From Lytechinus pictus (lineage: Eukaryota): a stretch of DNA of 64,000 nucleotides. A program made the translations under genes and the position numbers. The notes under the pieces were generated by a model. That model saw nothing but the letters and a program-made list of their open reading frames with translations. It was not told where the DNA came from and did no database searches. The first letter of the stretch is position 1, and the number at the start of each line of letters is the position of its first letter. Shown here one piece after another: positions 1 through 13,700 of this stretch. The stretch is taken from NCBI RefSeq assembly GCF_037042905.1, contig NC_087250.1:7070001-7134000 (forward strand), given 5' to 3'.

Positions 1-158
1 TCATCATCACCATTGTCATTATCATCATCATCCTCCTCATTATCACCAATATCATCATCATCATCAAAACCATCAATAACACCATCTTTCTCTTCCCCCA
101 TCACCATCACAGTGCATACCTCATAATCCCAATAGATGGTCTATATGTTAGATCATAC

Positions 159-331
159 CTCATAATCCCAATAGAAGGCCTATACGTAAGTCTCCATAGA
201 TATGCTGTCCTGTGCTGCCACCCCTGCATCAGGGGGTCATGCCACATCAGTTCTACTTCATTTGATGTGGTGTACGAGTGCCACAGAGCGTTGGCTAACG
301 TGGTCCCTGGGCCTGTTGTAGAGTGCACCTT
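159..331 (-). CDS. Exon 35 (most 3' found): TSP C-terminal domain
   Basis: [19 protein letters not shown]...LMWHDP...GW...[16 protein letters not shown]; no stop, continues past window. Confidence 0.9.
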
Positions 332-1703
332 CTGCATATCAATGAACACATTTCACAATAGGTGGTTTCAGACCGCCTCGAAGTTCGTCAGTTCCAGGTA
401 TTCTCCGATCGGGAAATTTACCCCGATCAGAAAATACCAGGTATTTTGGTAATGTGAAAGCAAACTACGCGTAATTTCCCCGAAAGAAAATACCCGCTAA
501 ATAGTAGGTACTTGGCGAAATTACGAGAACTTTCGCGGGGATTTTTCCAAGGTCGTAGGTATTTTGGCGATGTGAAAGCAAATTACGGGAACTTTTAGCC
601 CAGCGTGTCGTTGTGTGCGGCGCCGTGGGTGGCTGCTGGGATAGGGATTTTGAATCTCGCGCCTTGCCTGCTTATCAGACCATACTGCGCATGCTCGTAA
701 CTTCAGGAACTTATCCCGAAGGGTCTGTTTCAGGGCGGTGTGAATGCAGGAATAATTAATGGGTATTTTTTCAGCCTAAAAAAGTTCTCGTAATTTAACG
801 GGGATTCTTGTGATCGAGGCGGTTTGAAACCACCTAATGAGTGATTTCAAGCTCAGTGAAATATGAACCAGTAATCTTGCATATCACCAAGTTGCTGCAA
901 GCCCTCAACCATTCATATTTGGTTTTTATTTATTTATTGTATTTATTCATTCAGTATAAAACAAAAATACAGGATAGAAAGGTCCAAGGACCAAAATGAA
1001 CACGTTTACAGAAATTGCAACACAATAGTAAACAAAATGAACAGTAACAACCAATATAATTACATCCATACAAAAATATTCAAGGTTTATAATGATAATC
1101 ATATCATTTCAAATACTAATTCCATTTATGTGATTTTCTTCATAATTCTATTTCAGGTAGATATATGTTTGTTGCATAACAATACTATAAAAATATAGGA
1201 AATTGCAATCAGTTCCTTCAGACGATTTCAATTCCTACATTACCATCAGATTAAATAAAAGTGTGAACACGACTTGCCTTGATCTGTAATCCCTTTAATC
1301 CAGCATATTGGGTATCCTTGTTCAAGTTGGTGTGTTTCCACATCGCTACATAGAACTTCCTATTGCTCTGATAGCCATAGACGAAGCCCATGTAGTTGCC
1401 CCCGTCGTCACCATTCACGTACATGGTGCAGCGGAAGTCTACCGGTCCTAAGGTATCATAGCCGATCAACATCACAGGGGAAGAGATGAAGGAGGAGTTG
1501 AAGAGGTGAACTTCTTTACCCTGAAGAAAAAAGGGGGGAGGGGTGTTAATAAAAATTTAAAAAAATTATATAATTTTTTCGTTTTTGTCTGAAAGAAAAG
1601 GTGGGAGCAGTACAAACAAAGAGTTTAATGCATCTCATACAAAATCCAGTGCTTAGAAACATTTATATCATCACCACCATCATCACCCTTAGTAGTACTA
1701 TTT

Positions 1704-1743
<40 letters not shown>

Positions 1744-4700
1744 TGTTATTATAGTCATTATTATTATGACTATTGATACTATTATTGTTATTATAGTCAT
1801 TATTATCATCATTATTTTATCAGTATCATTATTGCTATTACTGTTATCATCATCATCATCATCATAATCATCTTTATGATTATTATTATTATCATTACCA
1901 TCATAACTACTATCATTTTTTTAATCATTATCATTATGAATACCATTTATTCACAGTAAAGATAGCCCCTATACAAACAGTATGATTTCTGCTGTCTATA
2001 CACTAACATCCATATATGGGTTCATACATGGGCGGAAATCCCAGGGGGGACAGGGGGGACGTGTCCCCCCTACTCAAAATAGTAGGGGGACACAATATCA
2101 AATGTCCCCCCTACTATTTGTGGTCTTTTATGATGGTAAGAAATACATCATTCAAAATCGAAATAAAACATGTATTTTAAAGACGAGATGACATTAATTA
2201 TGGGATGATAACCTTTTTTTTCTGCTTGTCAAATTTTCCAGCCCCTTGTCCCCCCTACATGTACATTTTTGGAGAAATTTCCGCCCCTGGGTTCATATGT
2301 AAAAAAAAAAAGGTTGATCATATTACAGAATTTTCCAAAAGCGTTGATCTAGAATAACTTACTGAATCTGTCAAATACCATGATGGCGGATCGTCCACCG
2401 TCTCGAGATTCACCGACATAAATGGGTCAAAGTTCGTCACATGGTAGCGGTTACTCTTCGGACAATTATCATCATCGTCTGTCACACCGTCTCCATCGTA
2501 ATCTGTCTCGCAAACATCTCCTATGAGGTTACCTAGAGCATGACATAAAAATAAACACATGGGACTGGTAAGGGGTCAAAGGTCATAGGAACATTAATTT
2601 TCAAGTTAGATAAAGGTGGCAAAGATTGTCACATGGTATCTGTTATTCCTAGGACAGTTTGGCACCTATCGCACTGTCTCCATCGTAGCTGTCTCTCCTT
2701 TGACATTATACCCAGAGCATTACATGATAATAAATACATTGGACTAGCAAGGGGTCAAAGGTCATAGGAACACTAATTTCAGGTAACTAATAGGGTGACA
2801 TATCCCTCATTTCTCTCAAAGCATTATGAAACATAAGATTCGAAAACAGTGAAGTAGATTGGAGAAAGTGTGTTGGGCCTACATGTATATGCTAACTAGA
2901 TAAAGAAGTGTAAAAATAGAAAGTGATGTAATACCATTGTCATCTGTCTGTCCAGCGTTAGGATATAGAGGGCAGTTGTCAGAGCTGTTTGGGACCCCAT
3001 CACCGTCTTTATCATCATCACATTCATCACCTGAAAAAAAAATGTCGAAAAGAAAGGACTTACATTGGGTGACAAATTCATGAAAGTTATCCGCACTGAC
3101 AAGTTGTAATTATCAAAGTTACTGTAGAAACAGTCAGCAACTAAAAACCAAGGAAAGTTGTCAGGGTGGTGGCGTTTCATAAAGCTGTTTGTAAATTAAT
3201 GGACGACTTTAGGCACGACTGGAACATGATCTCAGGTCTTAAGTCAGCTACTTAGGGATATATCTTTTAGCACAAGACAGGGTCTCCAGTCGTGCGCAAG
3301 TCATTCGTGACTTCTATGAAACAGCCTCCTAGGGCCCGTTTCATAAAGGACTTGCAACTGTTGTAACTTTGTTATAATGGCAACTACCATGGTAACAGGG
3401 CTCAGCAACCAATCAGAATCAAGGTTTCCATGGTAGTTGCCATAATGGCAAAGTTATGATGGTGGTCCCAAGTCTGCGCATCTAACAATTTGAGTTAAGA
3501 TTTAACATGAATTTCTTTTTATTTCACAAAATCTTTCAGTTAATAATGTTCCTTATATTACTATTATGAGTAAGTGTACCAAATATCTCCCAAAATTTGA
3601 AAGAAATTATAGTAATTTCTTCAAATAGTGATTAAATGCCCTACTGGTGAGTCCATAAATTTGATGTGTAGAAATATTTCAAGGAAAAGCCATATGCAAC
3701 AGGGTCAATAAGGGGAAAACAGGAAGTACTCTGCGAAATTATGAATGAATTCAATATTAAATTTAAAACAACATCCTCTAACATGTGGACAAATTTTCAA
3801 TTACGACTTTATATACTATTTTCATATCTAATGAAGATTTATGAGAACCTGTGTAAGAGGGCACTATCAATATTATAACATGGTTTTAATAGTGGCAGCG
3901 GTGGGATGTGCAATATGTCATAATATTAGTCAGCAAAATCCATTCTCATGTTCTTCCTAATACCCTATCAAAGCATTGTTTGTTTATTTATTTATTAATT
4001 TATCTAATTTCATTTGTTTATTTATTATTACTTAGACCAAATCGACAGTTTCTATCTATTTGGCCTCCTAACAGGCCAATTAGATAGAAACCTAATATGC
4101 AGCACTCTAATCTGAGATTAAGTATGACATTGGTTTTTAGTTTAACACATATATATAAGCCAGTTCACGGTTAGTTCATGGTCAACTTTTCTCAAATGAC
4201 CTTTGTGATTTTTCATTAGGATAAGCACTATCATTTTCAAATGTAGATGTTGCGTAAGCTTTACCAGTAGAGTATTCAAATTCTAAGAACAAAAGGCATT
4301 GTATAGACCAGTGACTAGAATAGTACATCAGGGATAAAGTTTGGAAATCTGTTTTATTTTCTGCCTTTGGCACATTTGACTATTGTTTAGGCTACTGTCA
4401 AATACCAGTGATTATGAAGGCTCTATTTATTACTCTTCAGCTTGGATGTGATAAAATGAATATTTTGAAAGGAATACATGAATAATCATCAAATCACAAA
4501 TGCCTTTGTCAGTGAATTTGAAAGCCACCTTCATGGTTTATCTCAAATGACCCTTTTCTGCTCGTGCGCAGTTTACAACCGTGAACAGGCTTATTCTAGC
4601 AGTATTTGAAGTATCTTTTTTTTTCTTTCCTTGATGGGATACATGTATTCATGTATGTAGAATTGATGATGAAAACAGTAATAAGTAAAAAAAGACAAGT

Positions 4701-7700
4701 CTACTGATCATTAAAAAACCTTTTAAAGAATGACAATTATCAAACACAACTCACCAACTCCATCACTATCCGTGTCTGTTTGATCAGCATTTGGTATAAC
4801 CAAGCAGTTGTCAGCGATATCAATAATACCATCACCATCACTGTAAGATAAACATTACATTAAGAGAACATTCCAAAGTAGAGAATGAGAACAAAAAATC
4901 AGAACATCCTAGGGTACTGTAGCATCAAGATATGCCTGATTTTCATGATAGATTGTACATTATTGTCATGCAATAAATTGTAAAAAAAATGTTCTACGCT
5001 GAGTGCTAGGCTTTTTTGTACGGGGCCCCAGGATACAAGAACTGCGTCATTATCATTTTTATTATTATCTACCCATCTGAAGCAGATCTACAAGGGTGTT
5101 GAGCATTTGTTAAGAATTTGAAAAAGCATCTTACCGATCTATATTGGTGCCATCATAATCATCGCAAGTATCGCCATAGCCGTTTTGATCAGTATCGGTC
5201 TGCGCAGAGTTCGAGTTGTCAGGACAGTTGTCACACACATCACCTATCCCATCGCCATCCGTATCCGTCTGGTCTGTGCTATTGAACAGCGGACAGTTAT
5301 CAGAGCTGTCAGCGATTCCTGGAGGTCAAAGGTCAAAGAATTAATAGGGTTAGATCTGTTGTATCAATCATCTACCATCTACTCTACTCTCGTGGTCTGA
5401 TGGTTACGACTCAGTGACACGTCTTTCAATCAGATGGACGTGGGTTCGAATCCCAGCCATGGTGTGTTTTCCTTCAGCAAGAAATTTACCCACATTGTGC
5501 TGCACTCGACCCAGGTGAGGTGAATGGGTACCCGGTAGGATTTATTCCTTGAATGCTTTAGAGCCTATATGGCGGCTCAGCTACAGCTGGGGTAATAACA
5601 AGATACCAAGTATCAAGCGCAGTAGAGTATATGCAATTATAGTAGCTGCGCTATATAAATGGAACATATTATTATAATAATTATATTCAGTCTGGTTTGT
5701 GATATTGAACAGGTAATCATTATCGACACTGTCAGTTATTCCTGGGGAAAGGTCAAAGGTTATAGAATTAATATGGTTGTATCCATAATCATCAATCATC
5801 ACAACTACTCTTTAACCCTTTGCGTGCGGGCCCGCGAAACCGGATACCTCTCCCTGCGGCAGAGCCCTTTTTGTACATTGCTGGTATTTGGATCTGTGGC
5901 AGTGTTTTCCTATATTACTAATTGCGCCAAACTGAAGTATTTTCTGGATTTTTAGTAAATGTAAAGATGAAAGATCAGACATTTTTCTTTCGAGAACTAA
6001 AGGTCTCGCTTCTCAAATCAACAGAATAGTTCAGAAATTTACGAGGAAAAAGTCCTGTTATTTTGTCAAATCTTTGCTTTTTCCCCAAGTCAATAGGCAC
6101 TGTGTACAAAAATGCGTAAGGGCAATCAGCACGCGCGGACAAGTCGGGTTCGATCGATACCGCTGTGTTGTCTGCTCTGGTGCTTTTTTTAATTGCCTAT
6201 TGTCACGCTACTCATGAATGGTCTCTTTACCCCCTTGTATACAGATCATTTGCAAAGTGTATAATTACGACGATAATCCGTTTTGGGTGAAATCACAGCA
6301 TACCAAATACCTTTATTTTCCAGAATGAATAAAAAAGGGTGAATATTCCCTTGCAAGTACAATGATGATGCTGCGCAACGAAAGTCCGAAACTATTTTTG
6401 GCTTCTGGGCTTTAAGACGGTGGCCTCAATGTTTCACTAAAAATCGCTTTTGGTTTCTTCTTTTCATGAATTATAGTTTGTAATAAAAAAATTATTTTGT
6501 TCCTGAAGATTGCATACCAGTCTTCGATTTGTTTTCCTGTTGCAATTTCAAAGAGCGAAGGGGGTAAATTTGACTCAAATAGTGGATCTGAAATCATACC
6601 TCCCAACGCTCTCCTCGTCTTGTTCTACGTTTCATTTTTCTATCTCCCTTTTCCCTCCAAAATAACCATGCTACCGATTACTGTTCGTCACAATGAGAGA
6701 AAGTAAATTATTTTTATCTATTGAAATTGTAGCATCTAAATTAAATTTAATCTTTTTCAAATATTTGGGTGTTGATTCTCACCAGGGTTAGCGCTCCCCC
6801 CCCCCCCCAAAAAAAAAAAAGTCAACCTGTCTTTTTTTTTCTTTAAATGGATCCTTTTCTGCTACGCTGTTGACCAGAAAAACAAAAGAAAAAAAAGAAG
6901 AAAGAAACTGGCGAAAAAAATTAATAACATTTTTAGGGGGAGGGTTAGGTGTAAGATTGAGAGAGGTTTGTCGGGACACGTCAAACAAAACATGTTTTTT
7001 TTTTTAGGTGGATGCCTCAACGTAAATTCTTATTTTATTTCCTCAATTTCCGGCGAGGAAACTTTTAGTTCATTGTTAGTTTTAGCGTTTGAACTGATTA
7101 TGCTTTTGTCGAATTTTCAATGCAAAAAAATTCACCTGGGAGAGAAAGAGAGAATGAGATGTAGAGCTTCCAAAACCTATCATGACAAATTCAATCTATA
7201 AAATGGCATGAGTTACAAAATTGAGGTGAGGGACTAGTATTCTATAATTCTTTATAAGTAAATATTCATGCAATAGCAAAAGCGCACATTATGGTTTACA
7301 TTATACCTTTTTGGTCCATTTCCTCTTTTTTCCCTTCCATCCTTTCTGTCGTTTTATCATTCTCCTATACATGTATCTCGATTTGCATTTTCTATTCTTT
7401 TTTAAAATCTCACTTGCATCTTCTTCCATCCCTCTATGTATCATCACCCAGGGGAAATTGTATTTTTTTGTGAAGAAAGCACTGTCATGCTCAAGAAGAA
7501 AATGTTCTTGCCATGTCTTAAGCGCCTGCCATGTTTTGTCAATAAATGAGTAAACATTTACTTTTTTGAATGTTACTGTCCTAATATGAATAGCAGTAAG
7601 AGCTTTTTGTATTGCTAAATACGAGAAGCATTCAGTAGGTCATCCTGACGAAATATACTAATCTTCCTTTTATTCAGGGCGTTGGCTATTTGTCCCCTGC

Positions 7701-10700
7701 TCTTTTTATAAGGAATTTGTTGAGCGTCCGCCATGACTTTCTTTTTGTTTGGGGAGTGCCGAGACCAAGAACTGCATGGACGTTTTCATTTTCAAAAGAG
7801 CAGAGGATAAACGGTGTTCTAAATTCCTTTATTTTCTGTTTGTTTCCTTTGAAATAGAAGACAAAAATAAGAGCAATATCGGATGAGAGAACGAGAGAAA
7901 GTGGAGGGGGGGGGTTCAAAAATTAACCAGGGGCCCGTTTTATATAAAATTTGTTTACACATTTTCAATAACACTTGAAAGCTACTGAAATCCTTCTATT
8001 TGACTGGCGGATGGTAAATTTGTTTAAATTATTGCGCATTTGTCAATATAAAATGTACATGTATAATGTATTTATAAAACGGTGCCAATTAGGGATTTCC
8101 TCGTTTTCCCTTTCTCTGGTTTCTAACCTGTAACCGAATGTATTATCTACAGCTTTAATTCCCTTATATCTATCTTCTTTCTATATCCCCTCCCTTCTAC
8201 ACCTTTTTTTCTCTGAGTTCTTCTCATTTAAATTATATCTGTATCGTCTTCCTTCTTCCCGATTTGGATTACGAGGTATATACCCGCCCCCATCCCCCTC
8301 AATCCTTTCTGATTTTTTCTTCTCAGTACCTGTCATTTTACATTACATCTAACGTCTCCCCCCTCTCTTTCTCTCTTCATCGGAAAAGGTTCCGAGAGAA
8401 TGCCTCGTTTTTGCCAACTTGTATCGGAGATGGTTGGATTTGTAGGCCTCTCGTTCTATTGCATCGTGGTTATCATGTCGAAAATTTATCATGTCATAAA
8501 TTATATGTCTCATTTAATTTGATTTTCCACGCAGCTACTAGTATTATAATGATAAAATCATTTTGTTCCTGAAGTTTGCGCACCGGTATTCGATTTGTAA
8601 TATCCTGAAATTATTTCAAATTGTTAAACGAATAAAAGTGACTAAAATTGTAAGTCTGAAATCATACCTCCCAACTCTCTTCTTGTCACTTTCTACGTTT
8701 CTTTCTTTATCTTACTATTCCCTCAAAAAGAGCCATGATAGCAATTACTGAAAGTAAGAGAAAGTAATTTTTTCTTGAATAAATTATAGCATCCGTAATC
8801 ATGTTCTTTCGTTTTGTTCGATTATCTCCTTCGTTTTGTTATATTGTCTCCTTGATTTCACAGCCGAAAAAACAAAGTAATAAATAAATCATTAAAAAAC
8901 ATTCACAATAGTTAGAATTCATTTTTGTCTCTATCGTTTTAATCGTTCAATCTCATAGTACAGAGGCAACGGAGTTGGTAGGAAGTTTCAGTCCTCACCC
9001 CTTTCAGCAAACATGTACAAAAAATCCGAAGTCTATATAAATTTATGATTTTTTGGGCCGGTCCACTCCCTCCCACATTCAGCTCAACCCCTCCATTATC
9101 AAAAAACGCTCAGTGGCCCTTGTTTTATATTTTAAAAAATCAGATATTTTGGTTTTGATGCTAACCAGGGTAAGCGCCCCAAATGTTTTTTTGCAGTAAC
9201 AGAAACAATTTGTTTTCCTCTATGAATCTTTTCTACCACGCTATTCGCCGGTAAAAAAAAAAAGAAGCAAGAAATTGGCGAAAAAGTAGGAAAATCAATA
9301 AAATTTGGGTCGGTATCAACATTTTTTTTTTTGGGGGGGGGGGTGTAGGTCACACATGAATAAAAGTTTGTAGGATTGAGAGGGTTCTATCGGGTGACAC
9401 GCCAGACAAACAAATTATCATCCTGTATCATTCTATTTCCTCCATTTCGCGCGAGGAAACTTTTAGTTCATTATTGGTTTTATCATTTGAAGTGATTATA
9501 TGTTTCCGGCAACTTTTCAATGCAAAAGTTTTCATCTGGGAGAGAAAAGGAAACAAGATGAAGAGCTTCTAAAACCTAACCTATTATAAATTCATTCTGT
9601 AAAATGACATGAATTAACAAATTGTGATTTTTTTTAGCCGCTTCACCCCCGTCCCACAGCTCAACCCCTGCACCATAAAAAACATTGCTGTCCCTGTATA
9701 ACATCTTTTTCCAAATATTTTGGTTTAGATGCTAACCATGGTAAGCGCCCAAATGCAATTTTTTTTTTTGGTCGTGACGGGGAAAAAAAGTGGCCAGGAC
9801 GGTCTTTATTCTTATCTTTTCTACCGCGTTACTCGCAATTAAAAACAGAAAATCGGAGAGAGGAGACAAGCAAGCAATTTTAGAGTGTAGGTCAGAACAT
9901 TTCCATCTTGGGAGGGGGCAAGGTCAAACAAGAATAATGATAAAAAGTCATCAGTATGGCAAGGGTCTGGGGACCGAGTTGTGAAAAAAACAAACGTTGT
10001 GGGATTTTTTAAAAGTAATCTAACCAAAAAATAAAGTCATGTTGTTATTCGTTTAAGTAGATATTCACGGAATTTTAGCAAAAGCGCACTTGTCTATTCC
10101 CCCTTTTATCTCTGTCTCTCATTCTCTCTCGTTCTCCGTGACATCTGAACATATTTTTTCTATAAATTCCCTAAATGATTCTTCTTTCATCCTTATATGC
10201 ATCATCACCCAGGGGTAGCCCTTATATGCAATATGAATCACTGACGGATGTCATAAGCATCTGCGTTGTCGGTAAATGAGACAATTTTTTTCTTTTTAGA
10301 TACGGTTTGTTGGTCGAAAAAAAAGTATTCATAAAAGTTTTTGTATTGCTAAGTACGAAAAGCATTTAATGGGTCATCCTGCCGATAAATACTAATCTTC
10401 CTTTTGTTCGGGGCGTTGACCATCTGTATCCTGCTCTTTTCGGAAGGAATTTGATTGAGTGGCCGCCCAGACATTCTTTTGTTCGGGTAGTGCCGATATC
10501 ATAACTACATGGACGTTTCCCTTTTGAAAAGAGCAGAAGATGAATGGTGTGCTTAACTGCTTTCTTTTCTTTTTTTTTCAGAATAGTAGACAAAAATAAT
10601 AAGAAGGGGGATAATGGGGAGGGAAAAAGTTCAAAAGTGCACCGAGATCAGCTCAAAGTACTAAGACATTACAAGCTTTTTGTTTTTTTCTGAAAATACA

Positions 10701-13700
10701 ATCGATCGATGAAACCAAGGAGATATCATTCTATCTAGAGTGATATCTCCTTGATGAAACAAATAAGACGAAAATGGTGAATCAACGCGTAGCTTATTAC
10801 GTGACGATCTTGCAGAAAAGATAGCGTGTATCTATCAGAACAACGATATAGATCAAATCACGTGATCAGGCCTTGTGCGCGCGCGTACGTGCTCGTCACA
10901 AAATTTATCCTCCCCGTCAGACTCCAACGAGAAAATCGGGTAAAGTTGAAATGATTTCCTATTTTCGGGATTTTTCCCCACGTAGCTGTATATTTTTGTC
11001 AATCTATTATCGAAATAGGTTTATAAAGGAAATAGTGGCAGAGGTTTTAGTACATAACAATTACGAAAAAGCTGAAAAACTTCATTGAATTAAACCAAAC
11101 ATATCTCGGCTTCTGTAGAAGCCCGTCGTAGCTAAGTGAACGACTCGCTGGGCTTCTGTGGAAGCCCGTCGCACGCAAAGGGTTAATCATTATATTCAGT
11201 CTCGTGTGTGCTGTTAAACAGAGAATAGTTAGTAGCACTGTCAGAGATTCCTAGGGATAAAAAGTCAAAGGTCATAGAATTAATTGGGTTCCATCCATAA
11301 TCATCAATCATCACACCTACTGTATAATGATAACAATAATAATGATATGTGAAGCTTTATATAGTGCTTATATTAAAACAAATCTCTAAGCACTTTACAT
11401 AAATCAGGTAAGTATACTAATTATAATGACATAACGTTGAACAGGTAATCAGCATTGTCAGCAATTCCCGGAGGTCAAAGGTCAAAGAATTAATAGGGGG
11501 AAATCCATTGTATCAATCATCTACCATCTACTCTATAATCGTTGGATTCAGTCTGGATTGTGATATTGAACAGGTAATGGTTATAAGCACTGTCAGAGAT
11601 TCCTAGGGATAAAAGGCCAAAGGTCATAGAATTAATTGGGTTACATCCATAATCATCAATTGTCACACCTATTGTATAATCATTAGATCCGCTTTGGTTT
11701 GTGATATTAAACAGGGAATAGTATTCAGCACTATCAGCGATTCCTGTGTGTCAAGGGTCAGGGATGAATTAATTACTAAAGGTCAGAGGTTAGGAGTTCT
11801 ACTTATTTATCACCTATCAAAGCAATATCACAAATATTCTGTTCTGTGCTTTTAATCAGATGACGGTTATTGACAATGTCATAGATCCTTTATGTTTGGA
11901 TTTGAAATCAATAAAAATAAACTTGAAACTTAGATTCTTGAAGTGAGATGAGAGCTCGAAAAGCTAATTAGGTTCATATAGTGGCGGATCCAGTGAGGAC
12001 ATCCTGCCTGTGCCCCCACCCCCTTTTGAGAGCCATAATAAAAAAAATTATTTAAATATGCCGTTCTTACACAAGAGTGTCCCCTTTGGGAAGTCACAGC
12101 ATATATTCAAATGGGAAAATGTTGTTCACTAACAAGTGAGGACCTTCAATTTTAGGTTCATAGGTCACTTGTTTCAAACATCTCTCTATCAACATGCCAT
12201 CTTATTCCGTTTGGTCTGTGCTATCGAATAACAAATGGATAATTTGAAATTCAGCTCATATAGTTAGCTAATTTTGTCATCCCACATATAAACCCAACAT
12301 GTATTCTCTACCCCTCTAAAAAGAGATTCAGTCTTGTAAGAGCTATTGGAGAGAAAATAGAACATCAGAGTTAAGATATGTAAGAAACATGAAAATCAAA
12401 GGATTACTATAAAAAACTTACAGCCAAGGATTTGTTCTTGTACTAAAAATGATAATAATAATAATAATAGTGATATCTTATTGAGCGCACACACTGTCCA
12501 GAGACGCTCATGGCGCTAGCGCAGTAACAGTTCCTTTGGATACAAATATTTTATACACATATACATTATAAACAACTACAAATATATATATAAATAGAAA
12601 TCTTAAATCACTATTAGTACCATCCTGCATCATCACCACTGAAATTCCCAGCTACATCCTGGTAAGAACGTAGAACATTCAGGGGTCCAACAAGCACTGC
12701 ACACACTTATTATCCTTTAGACATGTATAAGCTGATTACACTGTGTAGCTTACAATCCTGGAAAGTGCATTGCACTGTGGACTATCTGGTATGAAAGTTC
12801 ACTACACCGTGTACTATCGTGAGCATACAACTATTCCTCTTACCATCTCCATCGTCATCGTTATCACACTCATCTCCAACCCCGTCACCATCGGTATCAA
12901 ACTGGTTGGGGTCAAAGGTCGAAGGGCAGACATCACAGGCATCACCATAACCATCTCCATCAGTATCGGCTTGATCTCGATTGGCTACGTACTGGCAATT
13001 ATCCTGAAAAATGAAAATAAATCATCATTACAATCTTCATGCTCATACAGAGACTCTTGAAAAGGACAATAAATCATCATCACAAACTGTGTGTAAATAC
13101 AGTGGAGCGTTGTGCCCAGTGGATTAGTATCCGGACTTTGAAACAGAGGGTCATGGGTTCAAAACCCAGCCATGGCGTAGTTTCCTTCATCAAGAAATTA
13201 ATCCACATTGTGCTGCAATCAACCCAGGTCAGGTGAATGGGTACCTGGCAGGAATTTATTCCTTGAAATGCCAAGCGCGTAAAAGCTGCTTGAGCTACAG
13301 CCAGGGTAATAATATCCAAGTCCTTTGGAAGCGCATAGAGACATTATTCATAATGTTATATGCACTATACAAGAACTGACAATTATTATTACAGAGGCTC
13401 CTGAAAATTACAAATCAGCACAAGCTTCATGTTCATAACAGAGAATCCAAATTCAATCCAGCTGATTCAAGAGGATGCGAGGGAATTTCTTTAATTTTTC
13501 CCTTATGTGTGAACACAGCATACTTTGTTGGCTATTATGTATAAACAGGTTTAGCGTAATTTGCACTTCGGTTGGTGACAAAAATGCATGCTTATTCATG
13601 CTGATTACAGAGGATCCTATATAAACATGCTGAATGACAGCAAGGATTAATAGCACTGCACGATATCACATATTTGAATGTTCAGTTGTCACAAGCTGTA

